From: Eledone cirrhosa
Lineage: Eukaryota
Assembly (NCBI GenBank): GCA_964016885.1
Contig: CAXHJY010001097.1
Coordinates: forward strand, 124,001-188,000
Direction of reading: 5' to 3'
DNA: 64,000 nt
Shown here: positions 1-13,747 of the stretch, piece after piece
Position numbering within the stretch: position 1 is the stretch's first letter
How the letters are laid out: each line of letters opens with the position of its first letter
Notes under the pieces: generated by a model
The model's input: the letters and a program-made list of their open reading frames with translations, nothing else
What the model was told of the DNA's origin: nothing
Databases searched by the model: none
Program-made: the position numbers and the translations under genes

Positions 1-269
1 CCGGAGAAAAACACAGAATGTAAACTATATAGGTTTAGCGCACTTGATTACGATAGAAATAAAATGTCTGTTTATGTTTGTTTTTTTGTGTATTTTGTTT
101 ACGTTTTCCTAAATGATGTGTGTACAGAAGAGTCTGTGCATGAAACAAATAAATATGCTACGTGAGTTAACGAGATAAATGTTTGTTTGGGTTTTGTTTT
201 TGTATTTCTGTTTCTGTGTTACTATGTATTATGTGTGTGTGTATGCAACAAGATCTGCACACGGATATA

Positions 270-314
<45 letters not shown>

Positions 315-939
315 GGTGTATGTGGGTTAGAAGCGAAGTCAATGTCCAGAAATATTTTACAAATGTACGTAAGATTGGCCGGTATAGTGTCTCACATGAA
401 ATAGTGTGGTTTCTTTTCACTTGTGTGTATATGCATGTGGTATGTATCTGTATATAAATATGTGTGTATATTGTTGTTTATAGATTTTGTGAAGTACTTA
501 CTGCAATCCCTAAGGGATGTAGTGATTTGTTGTTTATTTCCCCCGTCCATGACCACACGTGGTTTGTTGGCGAAAATCAAATCAAATAAAATCTACTTTG
601 TTAAAATAATTCTATATTGAAGCTGGTACTAGTTGTCAGGGAACAGTCAAAGTATTTGTAATAATGAATATTGTAATCCATCTGACGTGTGTTTAAAGGC
701 AGTTTTTGGTGATATGGAACTTATGCCCAACAGCTACATGAACCTGGGACACAGAACAGAATCTACACAAAATTGTTAATAAAATACATGTATATTTATT
801 TATACACATGTAGGAGTCACCTTACATGATATGTATATTACAGTGTACCCCACAAATGTATACACACTTACATAGATTGTAGTTGACGTGTGTATACATT
901 TTTGGGGAGACCCTGTCTATATTTTATATACACATATAT

Positions 940-1619
940 GGCATACGTCAAGACGGGCGGTCAGAAAAGTGAAAGTAAATTTATTTTCATTTTCGAACGT
1001 CGTGTTTACATTTTGTGTGTGTGTTTAGATCTAAATTAGTGTCGTTTTAACTGATTATATATATATGTATATGTGTGTGTGTAGTTGACGGTTGAGAGAA
1101 GAGTACTCAATACCGAAGTAATCTTGTAATGAGACTTGCACATGCTGGTGACGAAGCTTCTTCTTTGCACGGCTCCATGTGTTCTCTAGGAGCTGTGTGT
1201 GCACATCAAGGTCCGCAGGATCTACAAAGTTCCGTTCGTGCACCACAACATCATGAACGTAAATCCCACCTTCAATTTCCAAATAGGAAGCCCAACCATC
1301 GGGGATGATGCGGCTGCCTGGCAAAATCCCTGCTGAATGATGGGGACGAGAGTGTCAGAGCTTCGATTTGGGACTTCTGCAAGGCAGCAGCGTCTAGAAT
1401 GGCGGACTCACCATTCTGCAAGCCTCATTACAAGATTACTTCGGTATTGAGTACTCTTCTCTCAACCGTCAACTACACACACACAAACATATACATATAT
1501 ATATAATCAGTTAAAACGACATTAATTTAGATCTAAACACACACAAAATGTAGACACGGCGTTCGAAAATGAAAATAAATTTACTTTCAGTTTTCTGACC
1601 GCCCGTCTTGACGTATGCC
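940..1619 (-). mobile_element. Non-autonomous Merlin (IS1595-like) DNA transposon with ~200-bp TIRs and a transposase remnant
   Basis: TIRs 940-1140 / 1417-1619 start GGCATACGTC and end GACGTATGCC. Flanks are ACATATAT / ATATATAT (8-bp TSD, 1 mismatch). ORF 1055-1324(-) has the DDE_Tnp_IS1595-like motif 'DGWASY...H..VVH..NFVDP...HTQ.LE..W...K'. Confidence 0.85.
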
Positions 1620-1657
1620 ATATATATATGTTAAAAGATGATTGATATATAAATAAA

Positions 1658-1734
<77 letters not shown>

Positions 1735-1754
1735 TTATATATATTTATTTATAT

Positions 1755-1785
<31 letters not shown>

Positions 1786-2680
1786 TCACAGTATATATAT
1801 ACACACTTTCACAAAGTATATAGCTAATGTCCTATAACATATTCCACGAATAACGGTTAATTTTTTACACATATTATTTTTACACATATTTCAATATATT
1901 CTACAATGTATTAATTCAGTTTCTCAGCATATTTTAAGCCTTTCACCCATTTTCGATAGCCTTAGATTTTCGTTCAAACATTCGATGACGTCATACGTCT
2001 TTCTACCTTTATAAATCATTCTAGCAATTTCCTTTAATTGTTGATATAAAATAATAATTAAATACCCAACATATATAGATTTTTATAGACATTTTTAATT
2101 TTGACATAGATAGACTATTTTTATTTTTTAATTTAATGTTATTTTATAAAAAATCTGTTTTATACTTATTTTAATTTAATTTTATTTTTTTTTATTTTAT
2201 TTTATTAATACATTTTTACACTTCTTAATCCAATTTTTAGTATTTAAACCCAATATAAAATAATATACCCAGTTTCTATATTTTAGACCTCTAATATTTG
2301 AATACCATCTATAATTGTTTCTACGTTTTGGCACAAGGCCAGCAATTAACCAGTGCATTACTGGTACTTTATTTTATCGACCCCTTTATTTTATCGCACA
2401 TACACCTCATCAATTTACTTTTTAACCGTTATTTACAGCTTGTTTCATTTTGACAGCGTTCCTGATCAAAAGTCTCTCTCTCTCTCTCTTTCTCTCTCTC
2501 TCCCTCTCTCTCTCTCTTCTTTCTTTTTCCTTTGTTTTTCCTCTCCTCTCTTTCGTTTTCCTTTTTCTCCTTCTTTCCTTCTATTTTCCTATCTTGTTCT
2601 TACTCTTATATTTCTGTCATATGTAGACATGACACTTTCCTGTTGACAAGTGTTTTTAGGCCTCATACCATGTTACCTTA

Positions 2681-2746
2681 TTTTATCTGATGAGAACACA
2701 ATTTTTGTCGCAGGATGATGTTGTTTTCGAAATGCGCATAATAAAG
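2681..2746 (+). ncRNA. Minimal type I hammerhead ribozyme motif
   Basis: TTTAT-CTGATGA-(imperfect stem II GAACAC...GTTTTC)-GAAA-TGCGCA (palindromic stem III)-TA^-ATAAA. Confidence 0.75.
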
Positions 2747-2790
2747 TATATGGAACTTTTTTAACCATCTTTTAATTTCTTCTTTTTTTA

Positions 2791-2835
<45 letters not shown>

Positions 2836-3666
2836 AAAATTCCGAGCTTATGAGTTTATGTCATTTGAAATAGAAACAGAAAGTCATTAATATAATGGTT
2901 CATCTTTTTCTTTTTCCTAGGGTTGCTGAATCTAAAGCAATGTGATAATCATATATAGTGATATCCAGAATTTGATATTTTGTTATCCTCTCTATTTTTT
3001 CTATTTTCCCTAAATTAGACATAACAGAGACAATACCATATATACTCAAATATCAACTAATCTAAATATAATCTAAACTCCTATTTTATGCCTGAGAAAT
3101 GGGCAAAAATCGAAAACCCGTTTATAAGCTGAGGTAGCTAATCAACACATTATGTTTAGATTGTGTGGTTTTGAAATACTCATGAGTATTAAATATATTT
3201 ATGAAGTTTTAATATTTTGATGTTTAAAATGTTTTAAGTGTCGTTTAAAATATAGTTTTTGTTTCACAACTCCATTATGTAATGCATTTTTACCATTTCA
3301 TTCGTTTTATAGTTTCAACAAGTTTCTCAAACTTTTATTTACTTCTGGCCACTCACATACTGGGAGTAGTTGAAAGTAAACAATGGAATAAGAGAACCTT
3401 GTATAGGAATTCATTGAGTAGAAGTGGGAGAGAGACACAGCAAGTAAGAGAGAGAGAGAGGGGAGAGATAGAGCAAGAAAAAGAGAGGGAGAGATGCAAT
3501 AAAATAAAATCAGATTTCTATCTTACTCCTTATAGAGGTGTAGATGAAAACATGTTCATTTTAGTAGACTTGCTATCAAAGAAAATTATTTTTTCGTAAC
3601 AAAGCAATTTATTTGTCTCTATTTTCCTCTAATAATATATAACAGAGTTGCCAGTCCACTCATGGA

Positions 3667-3713
3667 TGCCAGACAGTGTTGTTTCAAGATTTGTTAATCT
3701 TTCATCAGTGACA
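3667..3713 (-). ncRNA. Minimal type I hammerhead ribozyme motif
   Basis: Minus strand reads TGTCA-CTGATGA-AAGAT taacaa ATCTT-GAAAC aacact GTC^-TGGCA. All three stems can pair. Confidence 0.8.
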
Positions 3714-4177
3714 CACATTCAATCCATACTGGCATGGAAATAGACTAAAGTCTATATAAAATTTTGCAGGTTGTTGTTTTAAATGTCCACTTTCCCTGCT
3801 AGCAAGAGTTGGACGTGATTATCGCTAAATGCTGATGATGGTTAGATTATCAATATTAGTATTATTGGGCCCCACTGATGAATTATAGGAGCCCACTTGA
3901 ATATATATCTATTGATGGTATACAAGCTCCTACATAAACTGGTATAATTTCACCCAAATTGTAGGAGTCCTATAATGAAACGAGACGTCCGTCTGGGAAG
4001 AGATATATTAGATATGTCTCATTTGAAATAATACAGCCAATTTTCCACGCAATACTTTTAGTTAGCACCCCGAACACATAATTGGGAATATAATCACTTA
4101 TTTCCTAATGTTTGTTGAGTGAGTTGGAATTTGGCCGGAGTATCGCTAAAAAACTTTCTCCGATATTGTATTTATTA

Positions 4178-5341
4178 TATATATGTATATAAAACAAAAT
4201 GTCTGTGTAAATCCCTAAAACTCTAGAAGTACCCAACCGACTTATTCGAACATTACACATACGTTACTTATATTTCTTGAAGTGCAATGGGCTAAAATAA
4301 TGTTAACTTTTTCTGCCCTAGGGTCCGCATTAGGCGAAAAACCGCATCTTTTAGGCATTTTTAGTCTTTTTTGAGGCGTTACTTAAATATAATCCAACCG
4401 ATTTCCTCAAAATTTGCAGCACACATTCGTTCGTCCTCTCACATTACTGTGGACAAAAAGATCTCCGATTCTGTTAATGGTTTCTAGGAAATTCACGAAT
4501 TAGCATTGGGCATAATTTGCCCTTTTTCATTTTTAATATAAACACTACTTAAACATCGTAAGTAACCTATAATATTTCGTCGAAAAATTTGGTTTATTTA
4601 ACAGACGACACAACACTTACTTACTTTTAAGCAGGATCATTTTCTTGGGGTTGAGGAAATGAGGAGGACCTTAAAATATTTGTCAGCACCCTGTTGACGC
4701 TTCGTACTTTCATCACGCACAAATCCGGGCCCTGTGTACGTTGCCGTGTTATTGACACCGTAAAACTCCTCACGCCTGTGCTACTTCTACTAAAACCCCT
4801 TTTGTTGCACCTACACTGCAGTATGAACGTCCTGCGCAAGTACGCTGAACAGCGATTGTGCTAATTCCACAGTGACCCCTTTTGTCGCACATTTGTTGCT
4901 GTGTAAACCAGTGCCGCCCAGTGTTTGTGCTAATTGCACTATGACGCCCTTCTGCTGCAGCTGCGTTGCCACGCTGATTTCGTCATCTCAATATCCCTAC
5001 TTAAATGTACATACCTACTTGGTTTTCACACTATTGACTACGTCGCTCCTTCAGACTGACGTGTGTTCCCCAACTGAGACGTAATTTGTGAACAGACTTA
5101 CGACATACATCGCCCCACAACACTTACTTACTCTTTTGGCATACAGGATTTCCGCAATCAGCCCACTGACACCGCTACTACTGGATTCTTCCTGCTGGTG
5201 TTCTACGTTTCCAGTAGATGAACAATCATTCCCTGAGAATAAATGAATTCAAAAAGTATACAGCTACATTCCTCAATCTTTGCATATGCGTGTTGCTATT
5301 TCATGTTTCCTACCCCGTGCTACGCCGGGTCCCGCTGCTAG
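4178..5341 (+). mobile_element. Non-autonomous Helitron-like element
   Basis: 3' end has a GC hairpin CCCGTGCTACGCCGGG (~5314-5329), then CTAG (5338-5341) followed by T. 5' part is shared with the short element at 19587-19757. The 5' boundary is approximate. Confidence 0.6.
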
Positions 5342-6011
5342 TAATACTTAAATATATGCATACACACATTTATACACGTGCATATGCGAAAACTCACGCC
5401 ATGCATGCATATACATGCACGTACACATAAACACGCGCACACGGACGTAAACCGGGGCGACACATATACCTGCACACGAACGTATACACCAAATACATAT
5501 ATAAATATATGTTTGTTTGTGTGTGTGTATATATATATAATTATATACACATATATAAATATACACGCATAAATGCGTATAGAACGCACACTCACACATA
5601 CCTACAGGTAAATACACATATGTTCACCAAACATACATATACGAAAACCTTATGTACACATATACACACCATACATACGTGCAAACACACAGACACACTC
5701 ATACATACCCATATATACACATATACATACATACATATATGTGTGTGTGTATATATATACTCGTATATATATAGAGAGAGCAGTTGTAATGGATAATATC
5801 ACTGCTATTTCTAGCAGTTAGAGAGACTACGTAGAGGTTCTCTTATTGATATATAATTGATATTTTATTGATTTACAATTAATTAAATACGATTGGAACT
5901 GTGTCTGAAGGTATTAAATTATATCAGGGACTTTTAAATAATGACACCGTTAAGAGAGTTGAAACATTCTCAACGACACCGCGTACCTGCTGTCTTCATT
6001 ATAACTTTAAT

Positions 6012-6124
6012 CTGAGTTCAAATCCCGCCGAGGTTGACTTTGCCTTTCATCCTTACGGGGTCGATAAAATAAAGTACCAGTAATGCACTGGGTAATTACT
6101 GGCCTAGTGCCTAAAGTAGAAACA
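6012..6124 (+). mobile_element. 5'-truncated tRNA-derived SINE with 14-bp TSD
   Basis: B-box GAGTTCAAATCC. TSD ATTATAACTTTAAT at 5998-6011 and 6125-6138. The paralogous site at ~27122 is empty. Confidence 0.85.
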
Positions 6125-6378
6125 ATTATAACTTTAATTAATCAAATTATATCTTGTGTAACAATTATATATATATATATTAATTCCCCGACATCAGTCT
6201 TACACTGTCATATCTATTCTTACTTTACAATTGTGTCTACTAAGAGTTCCATTACAATCTGTAGTAGTAAAACTACTATTTCACCAGAACATCTGCTATC
6301 AGTCATTTATAGACAATATATATATTTTAGACCACATATCAACCTAATATATATATATATTTCCTATCAAATCTGTAG

Positions 6379-6577
6379 CTAAAGACATAAAGTCAGCCTC
6401 ACTACTTCATTCTGACAAGATATCAATTTATGACTAAAGATGAAGAAAATACACCAACGTTAATGTCGTGAAATAAAGCTGATAACATTGAAACTTCTAA
6501 TTTGATAACAAAGAGATTATTTCTTTGGTTGTTTAGTAACAACTAACAACACAACACATTGATTATATGTGAAGGAG
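6379..6577 (+). other. Putative non-coding 5' exon of the ZNF gene at 15422
   Basis: Acceptor ...AATCTGTAG| at 6378 and donor |GTAAGT at 6578, both conserved in the paralog at 27379-27580. A matching acceptor TTTCTTATTTCAG| lies at 15244. Confidence 0.5.
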
Positions 6578-6720
6578 GTAAGTTGACAAAGATTTACTTA
6601 ATGTCTATATTAATGTGTGTAAATAATATAATTATCTGAACCTTACAACGGTCCAGTAATTAACCAGATTCCACTGTTACATGTGATATAAAATATATTG
6701 TTATCATGACTGTCTTTATT

Positions 6721-7035
6721 ATTTAAATTACCTCCGTCTATTTAATTATGTGGTTCACTACCTTACATTATAAAATATATTTTATATTTAACTGTACCTT
6801 GTTGTTGTTTTAAGTAAATTAAAGATATATTTATTATTTAAATTACCTCCGTCTATTTAATTATGTGGTTCACTACCTTACATTATAAAATATAGTTTAT
6901 ATTTAACTGTACCTTGTTGCTTTAAGTAAATTAAAGATATATTTATTATTTAAATTACCTCCGTCTATTTAATTATGTGGTTCACTACCTTACATTATAA
7001 AATATAGTTTATATTTAACTGTACCTTGTTGTTGT
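6721..7035. repeat. Tandem repeat, ~112-115-bp unit, ~2.7 copies
   Basis: ATTTAAATTACCTCCGTCTATTTAATTATG... recurs at 6721, 6836 and 6948. Confidence 0.9.
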
Positions 7036-7097
7036 GTCAGGGAAGTTTTGTTCGTTTTAGTCTAAATCTATCTTGATTTAATTTACTTCATCTACAC

Positions 7098-8617
7098 CAC
7101 AGGTTCTCAACCCATTTAGGCCAAACGCCCCCTTTTGTCCCTCGAATTCATGAAACGCCCCCGCCACCCCATTTTTTCAATTTTTTAATATACTACTGAT
7201 TTTTATATCAGTAGTTTACTAAAAAATTCATTAACAATATTCCAAACACGTGTGTATTATCTGATTATGTGTTGTATGTGGTCCTAGATGTGTGTATTAT
7301 CTGATTATGTGTTGTATGTGGTCCTAGATGTGTGTATTATCTGATTATGTGTTGTATGTGGTCCTAGATGTGTGTATTATCTGATTATGTGTTGCATGTG
7401 GTCCTAGATGTGTGTATTATCTGATTATGTGTTGCATGTGGTCCTAGATGTGTGTATTATCTGATTATGTGTTGTATGTGGTCCTAGATGTGTGTATTAT
7501 CTGATTATGTGTTGTATGTGGTCCTAGATGTGTGTATTATCTGATTATGTGTTGCATGTGGTCCTAGATGTGTGTATTATCTGATTATGTGTTGCATGTG
7601 GTCCTAGATGTGTGTATTATCTGATTATGTGTTGTATGTGGTCCTAGATGTGTGTATTATCTGATTATGTGTTGTATGTGGTCCTAGATGTGTGTATTAT
7701 CTGATTATGTGTTGTATGTGGTCCTAGATGTGTGTATTATCTGATTATGTGTTGTATGTGGTCCTAGATGTGTGTATTATCTGATTATGTGTTGTATGTG
7801 GTCCTAGATGTGTGTATTATCTGATTATGTGTTGTATGTGGTCCTAGATGTGTGTATTATCTGATTATGTGTTGTATGTGGTCCTAGATGTGTGTATTAT
7901 CTGATTATGTGTTGCATGTGGTCCTAGATGTGTGTATTATCTGATTATGCGTTGTATGTGGTCCTAGATGTGTGTATTATCTGATTATGTGTTGTATGTG
8001 GTCCTAGATGTGTGTATTATCTGATTATGTGTTGTATGTGGTCCTAGATGTGTGTATTATCTGATTATGTGTTGTATGTGGTCCTAGATGTGTGTATTAT
8101 CTGATTATGTGTTGTATGTGGTCCTAGATGTGTGTATTATCTGATTATGTGTTGTATGTGGTCCTAGATGTGTGTTCTACTCGCTTCTGTTTTTTTCTTT
8201 TCTTTTTTTTTAATTTGTAATATTATTTATACAATAGGGAATAAAATAGATCTACATAGTGTTAACTCGTTACGGTTGAGTCAATAATTTCAGACAAGAT
8301 TCTAACTGTCTGCACTCAAAGAGTCTTTGACCCAGGTGACTGTGGGTTTTTCCATTTTTAGTATCTCAATTACCGGTTAACGTCTCAATTACCGGACATG
8401 CCTGCACAGCTGCAGACAGCATAACTATAGTCTGAGCGCAGGTGTGCAGGCATGTCTGGTAATTGAGATGTTAACCGATAATTGAGATCCTAAAAATGGA
8501 ACCCCCACCCCCCAAACGCCCCCCTAACGTGACATTGCTCCCAAACACCCCCCTGGAGTTCTGACCCCCCCCCCGGGGGGGGGGGGGGGGGCGTATGTCC
8601 CCCATTGAGAACCTTTG
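7098..8617. mobile_element. Non-autonomous hAT (Charlie-like) transposon
   Basis: Termini CACAGGTTCTCAA / TTGAGAACCTTTG, perfect 8-bp TSD ATCTACAC (7090-7097, 8618-8625), and subterminal AAACGCCCCC motifs at both ends. Confidence 0.85.
7250..8175. repeat. 40-bp minisatellite, ~23 copies
   Basis: Unit GTGTGTATTATCTGATTATGTGTTG(T/C)ATGTGGTCCTAGAT, near-identical copies. Confidence 0.97.
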
Positions 8618-8624
8618 ATCTACA

Positions 8625-9990
8625 CCATCATCATAGTTTTACGTCCGTTTTTCAATCCTGGCACAGGTTGGTGGGTCCTTTTAAGCACATCTCCCCACTC
8701 GCTTGTTCCTTCGTCATCTGTGAGTCTCAGCAATTTGAGATCAGCTCTCACCACATCTACCCTGGTCTCCTAGTATGGCTTCCCTCCTCTGGTTTTCTGT
8801 GGCACTTCTTTAACCAGTGATTACCAATTACTTCCTCATTTTATCCAAGCTCTGCCTTCCTCTCACATTTACGTTGCACACCCAACGAAGCATGGTTGCT
8901 CCATTTCTCTCCAGCTTATGCATGTCTTCTGCAGTTACTGCCCATATTTCACTTCCATGCAATATTGCACTTCACACACAAGCATTGTACAGCCAACATC
9001 TTTGTACGTAGTGAGAAACTTTATTTGCCAACAGTGGAAGTAGCTCTCTAAACTTCAATCCTATCCTCTCTTACGAGGCACCCTCCTCTGCTGCTAATTA
9101 GGTTACCTAGATAGCGGAAGCTATCATTGTGTACAGTTTATGCCTACTTCTTTCCTACATATGCAGTAGGGTCGCTTATTCTCTAGTTCTTTTATGGATT
9201 CAGCTATAAGGACCAGATCATTCACATAGACTGTTTCCCGTGAACAGCCAGTCTTAAACCCATTGGTTATGGCCTGGAGAACTATGATGAACAGCAGTGG
9301 GTTGTGAACTGAACCATGATGAACACCTACCTGTACATTGAATTTTTCACTAAACTCCCTTCCTACTCTCGCTTTACTGACAGCTCCTCTGTACATGGCT
9401 TGCACTGCTCTCAAAAGCCATTCTCCACCTAATTTTCTGAAGGACCATCAGATAATAGAGTAGGGTACTCTGTCAAAGGCCTTTTCTAGATCTATAAAAG
9501 CTAAATATTGCAGCTTAATCTTGGCTAGGAACCTCTCTTGTAGTTGTGTCACTAACAAGTTTCATCAGTAATTCCAAAGAGAATGTCAATTATATGTGTG
9601 TGTGTGTTGAACAATGAACATAAAACAAAAGTCTAAGATTACTTCTTAATTTATTCTTCATCAATCTCTCATAGTAACATTTCTAGGCCTCTTTCTTTTG
9701 ACCATCAGTGGTGCTAAGTGTACCAATGTCATTTCTAACACACCTGTCTTGCAATGTGGAACACTTCACACCTCTCATTCTCATGTCTCAATACGTTGGC
9801 AAACTTTCTTTTTTCAGCCTCTCTCTGTGTTATGTATACCTGTCTTCTAGCTTCTCTCTTAGCTACCTGGTCCTGGTCTGACGCCCCTATTTTTCCAGTC
9901 TTTCCATGCCTGTCACTTGTCTTTAACCCTTTATCATTTAAACTGGCCATATCCAGCCAGAATTCTCTCACTTCTTTCTGTTCAAACCGG
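8625..9990 (-). mobile_element. Decayed RTE-LINE fragments
   Basis: ORFs 9124-9414 (VQVGVHHGSV..PLLF) and 9735-9971 are homologous to the RTE ORF at 52731. Confidence 0.85.
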
Positions 9991-10239
9991 CTGTAACTCG
10001 CTGCTCATATTGATGTTAATGTATTGTCCTCAAAATAAGTAATATCAAAGTCTCATAGATTCAATATTATGTGAGATAAAGACAGACTTTACCATGAAAA
10101 TATAATAGTAAATATAGAGTAATGTAAATGCTACAGGGCTAATAGCTCTATCTACTGTGCTGTTTCACCACGAGGTCACCCTCTGTCTGGCTGGAACTTT
10201 GTTCCAGCCACAAGTCTTATCAATTATTCCAAATAAATT

Positions 10240-10558
10240 GTCAATTATATATGTGTTTGTGGGTATTGAACATTGAAAATAAAACAAAAGTCTGAGATAT
10301 GGTTCATTGTTTTACAATCGTTTCAGAGGGTTGATTGATCATGGTAAATCAATATATTGATACGTTGTGATTGATCAGGGATTTTGAGACTAAAAATAGT
10401 TAGTGACATAACAACTACCTGTTTGTCAATATAACAATCTACCATGATCAATCAAATCTCTGAAATGATCGTAAAACAATGAACTAATTAAGAACATATC
10501 TTTATCTCTAGTTTTATTTTCATTGTTCAAAACACACACATATATATATAAATGACTT
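10240..10558. repeat. Imperfect inverted repeat, probably an inverted Penelope-like pLTR
   Basis: 10240-10350 pairs with 10438-10558. A related sequence lies at 9585-9660. Confidence 0.6.
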
Positions 10559-10734
10559 TAACTCTAGAAGAATCTTTGAAGAAACCTTATGTGATAAGAT
10601 CCTACTACAAAAACTATAACTTTCATCACCCAATCTTGTTGAAACCAGCTCTTCAAGGCTGCAATGTGTTCTAACAATGTTATCGGTCTCTCCCTAAACA
10701 CTGGAATACTAGTATATAGTATAAGGGTGGGACA

Positions 10735-12170
10735 GGTCCTATTCAGCACAGCATCTCTCCACTTGTCATCTCCTCGGTGAGTTTTAGCGATCTGAGGTCT
10801 TCTCTCACCACCTCCGCCCATGTTTTACGTGGTCTACCTCTTCTGCGTCTTCCTACTACTGGGATTATTTGGCACTTCTTTACCCAGTGGTCACATGTCC
10901 ATACCATCTCAGTCTTCTCTCTTGCACACCACAACTTATCCCTCTAATACCCAGTTTCTTTCTCAACTCGTCTATGCTTGGTCGTTCACACACATTGACA
11001 TTGCACATCCAATGGAGCATGCTTGCTTCTCTCCAGCCGTCACATATCCTTTGCAGTTGCTGCCCATGTCTTACTACCATGCAGCATCGCACATCGGCAT
11101 CATATAACCATCCTTTCGTATGCAGGGACAAACCCTTCTTTGTCAACAGAGAAAGCAGCTCATTAAACCTCTTCCAATTCGTCCTTATTCTAGATACTAT
11201 GGCCTCGGAACACCCCTCCCATGCTAATCTGATCACCTAGGTACCGGAAGCTATCAACTACATCTATAGAACCCACCTGTATTTGAAAAATGTGTTTATC
11301 ACTGCGATTACTACTGCCAACTTTCCCTATACATCTACTGCATACATAGTTATCCCTACCTGTTGGTTTGCCTGCTATCCCACTACATCTCTTGTGTACC
11401 CAACATCTGCATAGCGTACATTTTATGGAATTTATGCCAGTTCCTTTCCCACATATCGAACATGGCCATTTCCACGATGGAATCAGAGTTTTGTCCTCTT
11501 TTCTACTTATCAACACTTTTGTTTAAGCTATGTTCATTCTCAGGCCTCTTGATTCCAACTGCTGTTTCCATAGCCAGAATTTATTCTCTAACCCCTCTAC
11601 TGATTCACTGATTCTGCTATAAGAACCAGATCATCAGCATAGAGAAGTTCCCATGGGCATCCAGTCTTAAACTCCTCTGTTATGGCTTTTAGGCCTATAA
11701 CGAACAAGAGTGGGCTGAGGACCGAACCTTGACGTACACCTACTTGTATCTGGAATTCCTCACTAAACTCCATTCCTACCCTCACTTTACTGACAGCACC
11801 CCTGTACATAGCTAGCACTGTCCTCACAAGCCATTCCTCTGCACCTAGTTTCCTTATGGACCACCAGATGACAGATCAGGGTACCCTATCAAAGGCCCTC
11901 TCTAGGTCAACAAAAGATATGTATAGTGACTTATTCTTCTCTAAGAACCTCTCTTGTAGTTGCCTCACTATGAAGAGGGTTTCTGTTGTACTTTTCCGAG
12001 GCACAAAACCAAACTGCATATCATCTAAATTGACCCTTTCTCTAATCAGCTGCGCTAATATTCTCTCTGCCACTTTCATAACCTGATCCATCAGCTTTAT
12101 GCCCCTCTAATTGCTCCTCTCTAGAGCATCCCCTTTACCTTTGTAGCAATTTATGAGAATACTGCTGTAC
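10735..12170 (-). mobile_element. RTE-LINE fragment (RT + PHD + C-terminus), frameshifted
   Basis: ORFs with FVDLERAFD, QGSVLSP, YADD and WPCSIC...HKRC. Confidence 0.92.
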
Positions 12171-12224
12171 CTACATTATATGCTTTCATTATACCATTCT
12201 ACTTAGATTATATATATTGCTTGT

Positions 12225-12670
12225 CATCATCATCATCGTTTAACGTCTACCTTCCACGCTGGCATGGGTCTAGACGGGAATTGTCCCACTTGAGGCAAGA
12301 TTGGTCGGGTGACCGTATCTCACTTGTATAGGACTAGATGGCAGGTTTTCTATGGCTGGATATCCTTCCTAACACAAACCACGTTTACAGTGTGGACTGG
12401 GAGGTTTTTACCATGTTACCTACACGGCCACATTACAGCGTGGACTATGTGTTTTTTTGTCGTGACACCTACACGATCTCATTTATTTAGGACTGGATGT
12501 TGTGGTACCAACATAACTTTACAGAGATAGGGTGGTGTTGATGGGGATGGGGGTGTATATTTGGTTAAGAGGTGCCTACTGACTGTAGGTTTAGCTTTGT
12601 ACTTAGGCAAGGCGGATCTTCTGTATTACTGAGTAGCGCCAAAGATCTCAGTCCAGTGACATTGTCTTAA
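12225..12670 (-). mobile_element. RTE-LINE 3' end/UTR with (CAT)n tail
   Basis: Matches the 3' UTR of the copy at 52339-52800. Confidence 0.85.
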
Positions 12671-12704
12671 TGTATATATATATATATATATATATACACA
12701 CAAT

Positions 12705-12735
<31 letters not shown>

Positions 12736-12826
12736 CGTTATACTTTGGGAGGGTCATGTTGCCAATAAGAAACATACGCACCAGTTGCTTTCACTTCAAT
12801 TTATTATATATTTATAAATTTATAAA

Positions 12827-13498
12827 TTGGAAAAAATGGTAAATAATGACATAAATGGGACCTGCCCCTTGTATAGGAGCAAATTTTGGAATAGAATAGA
12901 AAGAACTAGGAACAAGGCCAATAGAATAAACTCATGGTATGATAGCAATAAATGCCAGAGTGTAATGTTCATCAATACAATCCCTAGAGGCGAACTAGCC
13001 TACAAATTTAGAAGGGCCCTAAATAAACATAAACTCAATATTAAGATAGTAGAAAGACCAGGTACCTCCGTAAAAACACTTATTAGCAAGACATACCCGT
13101 TCCAAAGACCCTCATGCATAGATAAGAAATGTATAACCTGTAAAATAAGCCCCCATATTAACTGTAAAACTAGAAATGTAGTATATAGCATAAGATGTAC
13201 TGAAGGACAATGTAGAAACAAAAATATAGTGTACATAGGTGAGACAGCTCGTAGTATAGGGGAACGGATAAATGAACACTGGCGAGACCTTCAAAATAAA
13301 AAAGAATCATCTGTACTCTACCAACATGCTAAGATAGAACACAAGGGTAAATTAGAGAACATAGAAATAAAAATAGAATCCACACACAGAAAGGATGCAA
13401 TGTTTAGGCAAATTACAGAGGCAGTAAGCATAAAAGAATTACAACCAAAATTAAATAGAAAATATGAGTGGAACAGCATCATCACAACTTACAATTAA
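12827..13498 (+). pseudogene. Penelope-like C-terminal linker + GIY-YIG endonuclease (5' truncated)
   Basis: C-x2-C..C, NVVYSIRC...YIGETAR...RINEH, H..., and EA..I....PKLN motifs. Confidence 0.9.
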
Positions 13499-13702
13499 GG
13501 ACAAAATGAAAACACACACACACACAGAACAAACAACCAACCAACAACATGTAAATAAATAAACAAATAGATACATGAACACAAACACACACAGACACCC
13601 GGATGTGGCGCATGCCCAAACTGAGCACACAACACACACACAGAAACAAAATGGCGTAGGACAGAAGAAAGGAAAGGCACAGAAACAAAGAAAGGAATCC
13701 CC

Positions 13703-13747
13703 AGTCACTGAAGAGGTCACAGAGTGTGTGACGAAAGGACTATGACT
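13703..13747 (+). ncRNA. Minimal hammerhead ribozyme in the Penelope pLTR
   Basis: AGTCA-CTGAAGA-g GTCAC agagtgt GTGAC-GAAA-GGAC-TA^-TGACT. Confidence 0.8.

Noticed and set aside
841-916. Small Tc1-like hairpin (CAGTGTACCCC...GGGGAGACCCTG); mariner-like end at ~42598-42655
   Set aside because: Too short and degenerate to call confidently.
1055-1324. Bacterial IS1595 contamination or horizontal transfer
   Set aside because: Embedded in host microsatellites with a TSD; consistent with the eukaryotic Merlin superfamily.
7250-8175. CRISPR-like appearance of the 40-, 52- and 23-bp arrays
   Set aside because: Head-to-tail repeats with no unique spacers, no cas genes, and a eukaryotic context.
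10455-10480. Hammerhead half GAAA-TGATCG-TA-AAAC (both arms of the inverted repeat)
   Set aside because: No CUGANGA with stem I is found upstream, so the motif is incomplete.
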